Below are positions 1-11,487 of a stretch of DNA of 24,000 bases, piece after piece. Both the position numbers and the translations under genes were made by a program. Position 1 is the stretch's first letter, and the number at the start of each line of letters is the position of its first letter. The notes under the pieces were generated by a model. That model had not been told where the DNA came from. It did not search any database and saw only the letters and a program-made list of their open reading frames with translations. Source of the DNA: Nocardioides sp. JS614 (lineage in GTDB: Bacteria; Actinomycetota; Actinomycetes; Propionibacteriales; Nocardioidaceae); contig NC_008699.1 of NCBI RefSeq assembly GCF_000015265.1, positions 4,070,121 through 4,094,120 on the forward strand, given 5' to 3'.

Positions 1-565
1 CCAGGCCGTCCTCGATGCCGGTCCACACCTCACCGGCGACGAACGGCGCCCCGACCGAGGGGTCGGCCGCGAACCGGTAGAGCTTGCGGGCCAGCACGGC
101 GTCCGCGCCCGTCACGGGCCCGAGCTCCTCGGCCTCGCAGGGCCCGCGGAACGCCTCGAGGTCGAGAGTCGCGGTGCGCAGCCGCACCACCGTGTGGTCG
201 GTGAGCACCGAGCCGGCGGCCGGTGCCTGGCGGACGACGGTGCCGGGCCGGGCCTCGCAGCGCACGGCGACGGTGCTCCACTCCGAGCCCAGCTCGAGCG
301 CGCCGAGCAAGCGGCCGGCCTCGGCCGAGCCGAGCCCGACGAGGTCGGGCATCGTGCCCGGTGCGTAGGCCTGGCCACTCGGATCCGGCGGGGACGCCGG
401 GGTGGAGGCCTGCGTGGGCTCAGGCGTCGCGTCCCGGGCCGCGCCGGGGTCCGAGCCCGGCGTCCCGCAGGCGGCCACCAGCAGCGGCACCGCGACCTGC
501 GCCGCCCACCACCGCCACCGACCCGGTTGGCCCGAACGACTCGAACGACCCTGCCGCGTGCCCAT
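1..565 (-). CDS. PASTA-domain lipoprotein, N-terminal part (ORF continues past the window start; absent from the ORF track because it has no in-window stop)
   Basis: Hand translation from ATG 565-563 gives MGTRQGRSSRSGQPGRWRWWAAQVAVPLLVAACGTPGSDP..., i.e. a basic n-region, hydrophobic core and lipobox-like LVAAC. A Pro/Thr-rich linker follows, then a PASTA-like segment MPDLVGLGSAEAGRLLGALELGSEWSTVAVRCEARPGTVVRQAPAAGSVLTDHTVVRLR. GGGGAGG lies 6 nt upstream of the ATG. Codons are GC3-rich and I saw no stop down to position 2. Confidence 0.55.
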   Translation of the reverse strand, partial: MGTRQGRSSRSGQPGRWRWWAAQVAVPLLVAACGTPGSDPGAARDATPEPTQASTPASPPDPSGQAYAPGTMPDLVGLGSAEAGRLLGALELGSEWSTVAVRCEARPGTVVRQAPAAGSVLTDHTVVRLRTATLDLEAFRGPCEAEELGPVTGADAVLARKLYRFAADPSVGAPFVAGEVWTGIEDGL

Positions 566-630
566 CTCGCGCCTCCCCTGGTGTCCTACAAGTGGGACGC
601 GCGGTGGAGCCGCCGGGTTTACCGGACCGC

Positions 631-1440
631 TCAGGCGCGCGGCGCGCGCGGCGAGGGGGTCGACCCGCGAGCCGCGGGCACCCGCGCGACGACGAACACC
701 CGGCGGAACGGCAGCACGACGCCGTACTCGTGCACCGGGTAGGCCTCGGCCAGCCGGCGCCGCAGCTCCGCCTCGAACGCCGGCCGCAGGTCGTCGGGGA
801 GCGCTTGCAGCGTCGGGCGCGCACCGGTGCCGGACACCCAGGTGAAGACCGGGTCCGGGCCGGCGAGCAGGTGGAGGTACGTCGTCTCCCAGGCATCCAC
901 CGTGCATCCGTGGCCGGCCAGGACGTCCAGGTAGCGACGAGGGTCGTGGCTGCTCGGCAGGACGACACCACGGGTGTGGGCGGCGTACGGCGGCTCCGCG
1001 GCCAGCTGGTCGCGAACCGTGTGGCTGGGCTCCTCGAAGTTGCCGGGCACCTGGAAGGCGAGCCAGCCGCCGGGCGCGAGCCCCGCGACCAGGCGGGGCA
1101 GCAGCTCGAGGTGGCCGGGCACCCACTGGAGCACCGCGTTCGCGACGAGCACGTCGACCGGCTCGGCCGGCGCCCAGTCGCGCAGGTCGGCGACCTCGAA
1201 GGCCAGGTCGGGCGCCGCGGCTCGCGCGGCCCGGATCATCTCCGGACTGGAGTCCAGGCCGGAGACCGCCGCATCCGGCCACCGCTCGGCGAGCAGCCTC
1301 GTCAGGTTGCCCGGACCGCAGCCGAGGTCGACCACGGTCCGAGGATCCTCGGCCCGCACCCGGGCCAGCAGGTCCACGAACGGGCGGCCGCGCTCGTCGG
1401 CGTAGGCGAGGTAACGGTCGGGGTCCCAGGAGTGCGCCAT
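631..1440 (-). CDS. tam: trans-aconitate 2-methyltransferase (class I SAM-dependent methyltransferase)
   Basis: Start taken at ATG 1440-1438 (MAHSWDPDRYLAYADERGRPFVDLLARV...), not the 397-aa extended track ORF. SAM motif VVDLGCGPGN is present. The protein is colinear with E. coli Tam landmarks as I remember them (W-P--YL-F--ER-RP, LDSSP-MI, ANA-LQW-P, C-terminal FRRVFVVAR). Confidence 0.85.
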   Translation of the reverse strand: MAHSWDPDRYLAYADERGRPFVDLLARVRAEDPRTVVDLGCGPGNLTRLLAERWPDAAVSGLDSSPEMIRAARAAAPDLAFEVADLRDWAPAEPVDVLVANAVLQWVPGHLELLPRLVAGLAPGGWLAFQVPGNFEEPSHTVRDQLAAEPPYAAHTRGVVLPSSHDPRRYLDVLAGHGCTVDAWETTYLHLLAGPDPVFTWVSGTGARPTLQALPDDLRPAFEAELRRRLAEAYPVHEYGVVLPFRRVFVVARVPAARGSTPSPRAPRA

Positions 1441-1471
1441 GCCGACCACCGTGCGCCCGGTGTATCTCGAT

Positions 1472-1486
1472 GTCAAGATTCTCGAC
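1472..1486. promoter_or_regulatory. imperfect palindrome GTCaAGAtTCTcGAC in the tam-marR divergent region (candidate MarR operator)
   Basis: 12 of 15 positions are self-complementary. It sits in the only AT-richer patch of the 66-nt intergenic region. On the minus strand it overlaps TTGACA (complement of 1471-1476), a -35-like hexamer for tam. Confidence 0.3.
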
Positions 1487-1506
1487 GCATCCGGTACGCT
1501 CGCGCC

Positions 1507-1995
1507 ATGCGGGACGAGGTCGACGCGCTGGTCGAGGCTTGGGCGCGGGAGCGCCCGGACCTGGACCTGGCGCCGGTCGAGGTGTTCAGCCGGATCAGCC
1601 GGCTGTCCCGCCAGCTCGATCTCGCCCGGCGCGACGCGTTCACCGCGGCCCGGGTCGAGCCCTGGGAGTTCGACGTCCTGGCGGCGCTGCGCCGCGCGGG
1701 GACGCCGTACGAGCTCTCGCCGGGCCGGCTCCTGCGCGAGACGCTGGTGACCAGCGGCACCATGACCAACCGGGTCGACCGGCTGGCCGCCCGCGGCCTG
1801 GTCGAGCGGCTGCCCGACCCGCACGACCGGCGCGGCGTGCTGGTGCGGCTCACCCCCGAGGGGCGAGCCGCCGTCGACGAGGCCTTCGAGGCCCTGCTGG
1901 CCGCCGAGCGCACCTTCCTGACCGCACTCGCCGAGCGCGACCGCACCCGGCTCGCCGGGCTGCTGCGGACCCTGTCGGCGCCGTTCTCCGGCTGA
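1507..1995 (+). CDS. MarR-family transcriptional regulator
   Basis: 162 aa from ATG 1507 (MRDEVDALVEAW...). It carries a MarR winged-HTH signature: LSPGRLLRETLVTSGTMTNRVDRLAARGLVERLPDPHDRRGVLVRLTPEG. It is divergent from tam. The upstream part of the 590-aa track ORF is Arg/Pro-rich shadow sequence. Confidence 0.9.
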   Translation: MRDEVDALVEAWARERPDLDLAPVEVFSRISRLSRQLDLARRDAFTAARVEPWEFDVLAALRRAGTPYELSPGRLLRETLVTSGTMTNRVDRLAARGLVERLPDPHDRRGVLVRLTPEGRAAVDEAFEALLAAERTFLTALAERDRTRLAGLLRTLSAPFSG

Positions 1996-2025
1996 CCGTC
2001 GGGGCCGCGCAGGACCGCTGGGTCG

Positions 2026-3853
<1,828 letters not shown>

Positions 3854-3861
<8 letters not shown>

Positions 3862-4759
3862 AGGAGACCAGGTGCGCGCCGGCGACCGGCCCGTTGGCGG
3901 CGAGGACGACGGGATGACCGGCGCCGGACAGGTCGGCGGCCAGCGAGCGAGCGTGGTCGGCGGAGCCGCACAGGAAGACGCAGGTCGGGCCGGACCCGGA
4001 CACCAGGCCGCGCAGCGCCCCGGCCTCCTCGCCGCGCTCGATCAGCCGGCCGAGCTCGGGGCGCAGGTCGATCGCGGCCGCCTCGAGGTCGTTGTGCAGG
4101 GCGTCCGCGAGCGCCCAGGTGTCGCCGGCGGCGATCGCGCCGAGCAGCGCGTCGGCCGGCACCGGCTGGGAGGGTGCGTCGGGGAACATCCGGTCGAAGT
4201 GCCGGTAGACCTCGGGGGTCGACAGCCCGGTGTCGGAGGGGACGACCACCCACCACCAGGTGCCGCGGTCCTGCACCGGCGTGACCACCTCGCCCCGGCC
4301 GGTGCCGAGCGCGGTGCCGCCGAGCAGGGCGAACGGCACGTCGCTGCCCAGCCGGGCGGCGAGCGCGAGGAGGTCGTCGTCGGAGGTGTCCAGCCCCCAG
4401 AGCCGGTCCAGGGCGACCAGGGCCGCGGCGGCGTCGGCGGAGCCGCCGGCCATGCCGCCCGCGACCGGGATCGCCTTGGCGATGTGCAGCTCCCCGGTCC
4501 GTTCGACGCCGTGATGGGCCGCGAGCAGGTCCGCGGCCCGGTCCACGATGTTGGCGCCGTTGAGGGGTACGGCGTCGTCGTCCATCCAGTCCGGCAGGCC
4601 CACGCCCACGCTCCAGTCCGGCGCCGCGCGCGCCGTGACGTCGTCGTAGAGCCCGACCGCCTGGTAGACCGTCACCAGCGGATGGAAGCCGTCCTCGCGG
4701 GGCGCGCCGACCCCGAGGTGCAGGTTGACCTTGGCGGGCGCGCGCACGGTCACCTCCAC
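3854..4759 (-). CDS. ispE: 4-diphosphocytidyl-2-C-methyl-D-erythritol kinase
   Basis: N-terminus [16 protein letters not shown] and GHMP-kinase motif [17 protein letters not shown]. Start is ambiguous among GTG 4789, 4759, 4753 (a GTGA overlap with the rsmA stop) and 4747. I chose 4759 because GAAGGAGG lies immediately upstream. Confidence 0.88.
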
Positions 4760-5643
4760 GGCCCCTCCTTCGAGGGCAGCGCCTCCCACGGCAGCCGCTC
4801 CGCAAGCCGGGCGAAGTCCTCCACGCGCAGCGACTCCCCGCGGGCCAGCGGGTCCACGCCCGCGCCGGCCAGCGCCGCGTCGACCGACTCCGCCGGGGCG
4901 AGCGAGCGCAGCACCCCGCGCAGGGCCTTGCGGCGCTGGGCGAACGCCGCGTCGACGACCGCGAAGACCTGCTCGCGGGTGGCGGTGGTGGCCGGCGGCT
5001 CGCGCCGGGACCAGGCCACCAGGCCGGAGTCCACGTTCGGCGCGGGCCAGAACACGTTGCGCCCGACGGCACCGGCGCGGCGGACGTCGGCGAACCAGGC
5101 CGCCTTGACCGAGGGGACGCCGTACACCTTGGAGCCGGGGGCCGCGGCGAGCCGGTCGGCGACCTCGGCCTGCACCATCACCAGGCCCCGCTCGAGGGAG
5201 GGCAGCAGCGTGAGCAGGTGCAGCAGCACCGGCACGGAGACGTTGTAGGGCAGGTTCGCGACCAGCGCGGTCGGCGTCGGCCCGGGCACCTCCTGGATCC
5301 GCATCGCATCACCGAGGACGACCTCGAACCGGTCGGCCTGGGCCGGCGCGTACGCCGCGATCGTCGCGGGCAGCCGGCCGGCCAGCACCGGGTCCACCTC
5401 GACCGCGACCACCCGGCCGGCGACGGCGAGCAGCGCGAGGGTCAGCGAGCCCAGGCCGGGACCGACCTCGAGGACCACGTCCTCGGCGGTGACGCCGGCC
5501 TCCCGGACGATCCGACGGACCGTGTTCGCGTCGATCACGAAGTTCTGACCGCGCTGCTTGGTGGGTCGCAGGTCGAGCTCGGCGGCGAGCAGGCGCACGT
5601 CCGCCGGCCCCAGCAACCTGGGGCCGGCGGAGGTGTCAGACAT
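4750..5643 (-). CDS. rsmA: 16S rRNA (adenine1518/1519-N6)-dimethyltransferase
   Basis: Start at ATG 5643 ([17 protein letters not shown]...). Motifs [17 protein letters not shown] (SAM binding) and NLPYNVS. The longer track ORF would overlap the rpfB 3' end. Confidence 0.9.
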   Translation of the reverse strand: MSDTSAGPRLLGPADVRLLAAELDLRPTKQRGQNFVIDANTVRRIVREAGVTAEDVVLEVGPGLGSLTLALLAVAGRVVAVEVDPVLAGRLPATIAAYAPAQADRFEVVLGDAMRIQEVPGPTPTALVANLPYNVSVPVLLHLLTLLPSLERGLVMVQAEVADRLAAAPGSKVYGVPSVKAAWFADVRRAGAVGRNVFWPAPNVDSGLVAWSRREPPATTATREQVFAVVDAAFAQRRKALRGVLRSLAPAESVDAALAGAGVDPLARGESLRVEDFARLAERLPWEALPSKEGPWR

Positions 5644-5698
5644 GGGCGCCAGCGTAGTCAGCGCGACCCCGCGCGCTTCGCGGCGGGCTCCGGTGACG

Positions 5699-7072
<1,374 letters not shown>

Positions 7073-7900
7073 CTACCAGGAGCCCCCGAAGGCCGCCTCG
7101 GTGGTCGCCTCGACGGCCGCGCAGAGCGTCTCCAGGTCCGCGCCGCGGACCTGCGCCATCGTCCGCATCGTGAGCGGGACGAGGTAGGAGGCGTTGGTCC
7201 GGCCGCGGTACGGCGTGGGTGTCAGGTACGGCGCATCGGTCTCGACCAGCAGCCGGTCGAGGGGCGTGATCGCGAGCGCGTCGCGCAGCGGCTGGGCGTT
7301 CTTGAAGGTCACCGTGCCCGCGAAGGAGAGGTGTGCCCCACGGTCCAGGCAGCGACGCGCGAAGGCGGCGTCGCCGGAGAAGCAGTGCATCACCCAGCGC
7401 GCCGGCGCCCCCTCCTCGTCGATCACGTCGAGGACCGCGTCGTGCGCGTCGCGGTCGTGGACGACCAGGGTCTTGTCGAGCCGCTTGGCGAGGTCGATGT
7501 GCCGGCGGAAGGACTCGACCTGCACGGCCCGCCCCTCCTCACCGGTGCGGAAGTGGTCCAGGCCGGTCTCGCCCACCGCGCGCACCTTGTCGTGCGCGCC
7601 CGCGAGCCGCTCGATCTCGGCCATGGCGGCGTCCAGGTCGGGCAGCCGCGGCGCCTCGTTGGGGTGCAGGGCGACGCCGGCGACCAGCGCGTCGTACGTC
7701 GCGGCCGCCTCGACCGCCCAGCGGGCGCCGGGCAGGTCGCAGCCGATCTGGACGATCCGGGTGACGCCGACCGCCGCGGCCGCGGCGACCGCCTGGTCCA
7801 CCGGGAGCGGGTCTGCGTCGTCGCGCACGACGTCGAGGTGGCAGTGGTTGTCCACGACCGGGTGTGGCAGCGGCTCCGGGGCGGGTGGGCGGTCGGTCAT
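7073..7900 (-). CDS. tatD: TatD-family metal-dependent DNase/hydrolase
   Basis: Start ATG 7900 (MTDRPPAPEPLPHPVVDNHCHLD...) forms an ATGA overlap with the upstream hydrolase stop. TatD motifs present: DNHCHLD, GETGLD, VVHDRDAH, HCFSG, ETDAPYLTP. Confidence 0.9.
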   Translation of the reverse strand: MTDRPPAPEPLPHPVVDNHCHLDVVRDDADPLPVDQAVAAAAAVGVTRIVQIGCDLPGARWAVEAAATYDALVAGVALHPNEAPRLPDLDAAMAEIERLAGAHDKVRAVGETGLDHFRTGEEGRAVQVESFRRHIDLAKRLDKTLVVHDRDAHDAVLDVIDEEGAPARWVMHCFSGDAAFARRCLDRGAHLSFAGTVTFKNAQPLRDALAITPLDRLLVETDAPYLTPTPYRGRTNASYLVPLTMRTMAQVRGADLETLCAAVEATTEAAFGGSW

Positions 7901-8733
7901 CCGTGCACCCGCGCGAGGATCGCGGCGGCGCACTCCTCGGGCGCCTGGGTGGGGATCCAGTGGCTGACGCCCTCGAGGACGACCAGGTCGTACGGCGCAT
8001 CCACCCAGCGCGGGGTGCCCTCGACCGCCTCGCGGCCGATCGCGATGTCCCGGTCGCTCCACACCAGCGTGGTCGGGACCGTGACCGTGACGTCGGCGCT
8101 GCCCGGGCGGGTGAACGGCAGCGCGCGGTACCAGCCCAGCGCGTGGTGCAGCGCGCCGTACTCGACGATCTCGGTGCGGAACCGGGTGACCTCCTCGGCG
8201 GTCATCCCGGCCTTGCGCATCGCCTGGTCGAAGCGGCCGCCGGGCGTCCGCGCCATCAGCTCGGGGAGCACCGGGAGGTTGAACATCGCCATGTAGCCCG
8301 ACCGCCGGCGCTGGCTCCGGCTCCTCATCGCGCGGGCGAACGCGGCGGGGTGCGGCACCGACACCGCGGTGTAGGTGCGGACCTGCTCCGGGAGCCGTCC
8401 GGCGACGGCCCAGCCGACCGCGGCACCCCAGTCGTGCCCGACCAGGTGGACGGGCCCGCCGATGCGTTCGATCAGCGCGGCGACGTCGCCGACCAGGAGC
8501 GGGAGCCGGTAGCTCCACCGGGCCCGCGGCCGCGCGCCCGGTGAGTAGCCGCGCTGGTCCGGTGCGTAGGTGCGCAGCCCCGCCTCGTGCAGGATCGGGG
8601 CGACCCCCCGCCAGGTCGTGCTGCGTTCGGGGAACCCGTGCAGCAGCACGACGGGCGTCCCGTCCAGCGGCCCCTCGTCGAGGACGTCGAAGGTGAGGCC
8701 GTCGTGCTGCAGCCGGGTGATCCGTGCGTTCAT
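7897..8733 (-). CDS. alpha/beta-fold hydrolase (epoxide hydrolase / haloalkane dehalogenase-like)
   Basis: HGFPE oxyanion motif, nucleophile elbow VGHDWG and C-terminal SHW. ATG 8733 is preceded by GGAGTGAGC. The alternative start GTG 8739 would make a GTGA overlap with the rsmI stop. Confidence 0.85.
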   Translation of the reverse strand: MNARITRLQHDGLTFDVLDEGPLDGTPVVLLHGFPERSTTWRGVAPILHEAGLRTYAPDQRGYSPGARPRARWSYRLPLLVGDVAALIERIGGPVHLVGHDWGAAVGWAVAGRLPEQVRTYTAVSVPHPAAFARAMRSRSQRRRSGYMAMFNLPVLPELMARTPGGRFDQAMRKAGMTAEEVTRFRTEIVEYGALHHALGWYRALPFTRPGSADVTVTVPTTLVWSDRDIAIGREAVEGTPRWVDAPYDLVVLEGVSHWIPTQAPEECAAAILARVHG

Positions 8734-8735
8734 GC

Positions 8736-9596
8736 TCACTCCTGTGCCCCGTGGTCCCGGTCGTGAACCAGGTTGTAGACCTCGCGCTTCGGTACGCCGG
8801 CGCGGCGGGCGACCACGACGATCGCCTCCTTGCGCGGCACGCCCTCGCGCACCAGGTCGGCGACCGCGGTCCGCAGGCTCGCCGGGTCGCTGGCGACCTC
8901 GGCCGCCGGCGCGGCGCCCGCCACCACGATGGTGACCTCGCCGCGCACCCCCTCGGCCGCCCAGGACACGAGCTCGGCGAGCGGACCTCGCCGTACCTCC
9001 TCGTGGGTCTTGGTGAGCTCGCGGCAGACCGCGGCGGCGCGGTCGGCGCCGAGCGCCTCGGCCATCGCGGCGAGCGCGGCCTCGGTGCGGTGCGGCGCCT
9101 CGAAGAACACCATCGTGCGGCGCTCGTCGCGCAGGTCGGCCAGGCGGCGCTGCCGCTCCCCCGCCTTGCGGGGCAGGAACCCCTCGAAGCAGAACCGGTC
9201 GACGGGCAGGCCGGAGACCGCGAGCGCGGTCAGCACCGCCGACGGACCGGGGACGGCGGTGACCCGCACGTCGTGCTCGACCGCGGCGACCACGAGCCGG
9301 TAGCCGGGGTCGGAGACGCTGGGCATGCCCGCGTCGGTGACCAGCAGCACCCGATCGCCCGCGAGGAGGCTCTCGAGGAGAGCCGGCGTGCGCGCCGACT
9401 CGTTGCCCTCGAAGTACGACACGACCCGTCCGCCGATGCTCACCCCGAGGTCGGTCGTGAGCCGCTTGAGGCGCCGGGTGTCCTCGGCCGCGACGACGTC
9501 GGCGCTCGCCAGCTCCTCGGCGAGCCGCGGCGGCGCGTCGGCGACCCTGCCGATCGGGGTCGCCGCCAGCACGAGCACGCCCAGGCTGTCGTCCAC
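8736..9596 (-). CDS. rsmI: 16S rRNA (cytidine1402-2'-O)-methyltransferase
   Basis: Start GTG 9596 (VDDSLGVLVLAATPIGRVADAPPRL...). Tetrapyrrole-methylase-fold motifs LVTDAGMPSVSDPG and VPGPSAVLTALAVSGLP, plus FEGFLPRK. The remainder of the 880-aa track ORF is antisense shadow of pmt. Confidence 0.85.
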   Translation of the reverse strand: MDDSLGVLVLAATPIGRVADAPPRLAEELASADVVAAEDTRRLKRLTTDLGVSIGGRVVSYFEGNESARTPALLESLLAGDRVLLVTDAGMPSVSDPGYRLVVAAVEHDVRVTAVPGPSAVLTALAVSGLPVDRFCFEGFLPRKAGERQRRLADLRDERRTMVFFEAPHRTEAALAAMAEALGADRAAAVCRELTKTHEEVRRGPLAELVSWAAEGVRGEVTIVVAGAAPAAEVASDPASLRTAVADLVREGVPRKEAIVVVARRAGVPKREVYNLVHDRDHGAQE

Positions 9597-9644
9597 GCCC
9601 CGATCATCGCAGCGTCTGATCCCGGGGCCCGTATCCTCGGGCCC

Positions 9645-11270
9645 GTGACGACCGGCGCCCCTCCCTCCGCCTGGGAGCGCGCCCGGGGCCGGGCCCGGCT
9701 CGAGGACCCGTTCATCGGCTGGGCGGCGACCATCGCGGTCGCGCTGCTCGCCCTGTTCCTGCGGCTCTGGAAGCTCGGCAAGCCGCACGTCTTCGAGTTC
9801 GACGAGACCTACTACGCCAAGGACGCCTGGTCGCTGCTCAACTTCGGCTTCGAGCACGACACCACGGAGAAGGCCAACGACCTGATCCTCCGCGGCCAGA
9901 CGCTCTCCGGCGTGTTCAAGGACACCCCGGAGATGATCGTGCACCCGGAGGTCGGCAAGTGGTTGATCGCCGCGGGCATCAAGGTCTTCGGGATGGACCC
10001 GTTCGGCTGGCGGGTCGCGGCCGCGGTCGTCGGCTCCCTGATGGTGCTGGTGATGGTCCGGCTCGCCCGGCGGCTCACCGGCTCGACGTTCCTCGGCGTC
10101 CTGGCCGGGCTGCTGCTGTGCTTCGACGGCCTGCAGTTCGTGCTCTCCCGCCTCGCCCTGCTCGACATCTTCGTGGCGTTCTTCCTGCTCTGCGGCGTGC
10201 ACTGCGTGGTCGCCGACCGAGACTGGCACCGGGCGCGTCTCGCTCGCCTGGTCCCCGCACCCATCGACAGCTCCCGGTCGTGGGGACCCGTGCGCGGACT
10301 GCTGTTCCGGCCCTGGCTGCTGCTCGGCGGAATCGCCTGGGGCCTGGCGGTCGGCACCAAGTGGGAGGCCGTCTACCCGCTCGCGGCGTTCGGGCTGCTC
10401 GTCTGGCTGTGGTCGGCCGGCGCCCGCCGCTCCTTCGGCGTGCGATGGCCGATCCTGCGCTCCGCGGTCGTCGACGGCGTCCCGGCGTTCGTGCACCTCG
10501 TGCTGGTCGCGTTCGTCGTGTACGTCGCCAGCTGGACCGGCTGGCTGATCAACGCCCACCAGTACGAGGAGCACCTGTCCGCGACGCAGTACACGCACTT
10601 CGACGGCGGCCAGGACTGGCCGACCCGCACCGAGGCCGACGCGTCCGGGCTGGGCGAGGTGACCCAGTCGCTGCGGTCGCTCTGGTACTACCACCAGGAC
10701 GTGTACACGTTCCACACCGAGTTCCTCAACGACAGCACCCACACCTACGCCTCGAAGCCCTCGGGCTGGCTGCTGCTCAACCGGCCGGTCGGCGTGGCCG
10801 CCGACGTCGACATCCAGCCGGGCACCCAGGGCTGCCACGCCCCGGCGGACAGCGACTGCCTGCGCCAGGTGCTGCTGCTCGGCACGCCCGTGCTGTGGTG
10901 GGCGGGCTGCCTCGCGCTGATCTACGCCGTCGTCATGTGGGCCGGCTCGAGGGACTGGCGCTTCGGCGTCGTGGTCGTCGGCGCCGCCTCGACCTGGCTG
11001 CCCTGGTTGCAGTACGACGACCGGCCGATCTTCTCCTTCTACGCCGTGATCACGCTGCCGTTCCTGGTGCTCGCGCTGGTCCTCGCGATCGGCCGCATGA
11101 TCGGCCCGGGCACCGGCGCCGCGGGCCGGCGCACCGCCGGCGTGATCGCCGCGGGCACGTTCTTCGTGCTGGTGCTGCTGAACTTCGCGTGGTTCTGGCC
11201 GATCTACACCGACCAGCTGCTCACCCACTCCGAGTGGCTGGACCGGATCTGGTTCTCCCGCTGGATCTGA
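9645..11270 (+). CDS. pmt: polyprenol-phosphate-mannose-dependent protein O-mannosyltransferase (PMT family, multi-TM)
   Basis: Start GTG 9645 (VTTGAPPSAWERARG...). The first TM segment is followed by the loop-1 acidic motif FEFDETYYAKDAW. Many hydrophobic segments run through to the C-terminus ...IWFSRWI. It is divergent from rsmI, as pmt (Rv1002c) and Rv1003 are in M. tuberculosis. Confidence 0.85.
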   Translation: MTTGAPPSAWERARGRARLEDPFIGWAATIAVALLALFLRLWKLGKPHVFEFDETYYAKDAWSLLNFGFEHDTTEKANDLILRGQTLSGVFKDTPEMIVHPEVGKWLIAAGIKVFGMDPFGWRVAAAVVGSLMVLVMVRLARRLTGSTFLGVLAGLLLCFDGLQFVLSRLALLDIFVAFFLLCGVHCVVADRDWHRARLARLVPAPIDSSRSWGPVRGLLFRPWLLLGGIAWGLAVGTKWEAVYPLAAFGLLVWLWSAGARRSFGVRWPILRSAVVDGVPAFVHLVLVAFVVYVASWTGWLINAHQYEEHLSATQYTHFDGGQDWPTRTEADASGLGEVTQSLRSLWYYHQDVYTFHTEFLNDSTHTYASKPSGWLLLNRPVGVAADVDIQPGTQGCHAPADSDCLRQVLLLGTPVLWWAGCLALIYAVVMWAGSRDWRFGVVVVGAASTWLPWLQYDDRPIFSFYAVITLPFLVLALVLAIGRMIGPGTGAAGRRTAGVIAAGTFFVLVLLNFAWFWPIYTDQLLTHSEWLDRIWFSRWI

Positions 11271-11273
11271 CTC

Positions 11274-11319
11274 GGTGGTTGAGGTGCGAGGAGCGCCAGC
11301 GACGAGCCTCGAAACCACC
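11274..11319 (+). terminator. bulged stem-loop just after the pmt stop (possible terminator)
   Basis: GGTGGTT (11274-11280) pairs with AACCACC (11313-11319), and GAGG (11281-11284) with CCTC (11307-11310). It starts 4 nt after the pmt stop and is followed by ATTCGTGTGAT, which is only weakly T-rich. Confidence 0.3.
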
Positions 11320-11429
11320 ATTCGTGTGATCGGCTCGCGGCCGTAGGTGGCTGCGGCCCTTGGCAGCAAAGCGGGCACGGCACGCTCGGGTCACCGTCGG
11401 GCACCCGGCTTACCGGCCGCCGCTTCGCC

Positions 11430-11487
11430 CCCTGACCAACCGCACGCGCACCCGGCGTGTCGCGTGCCCGTTCGTCAGGGACGCGGC
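11430..11487 (-). repeat. structured intergenic repeat, copy A (second copy at 20506-20567)
   Basis: CCCTGACCaaccgcacgcgcacCCGGCGtGTCGCGTGCcCGTTCGTCAGGGACGCGGC. The 3' 37 nt match copy B at 35/37, and the 5' CCCTGACC is shared. The terminal inverted repeat is CCCTGAC / GTCAGGG, with an internal stem GCACGCG-a-CAC ... GTG-CGCGTGC on the minus strand. The tetR stop codon (11475-11477) lies inside it. Confidence 0.6.

Noticed and set aside
223-1506. N-terminal extensions of track ORFs: the 590-aa ORF ending in MarR, and likewise 8724-9644, 9597-11378, 7901-8518, 1441-1824, 11971-12882 and 13386-13697
   Set aside because: The extensions overlap neighbouring real genes and are Arg/Pro-rich. The conserved family sequence begins at internal ATG/GTG codons, which also give classic 1-8 nt overlaps or sensible promoter and SD contexts.
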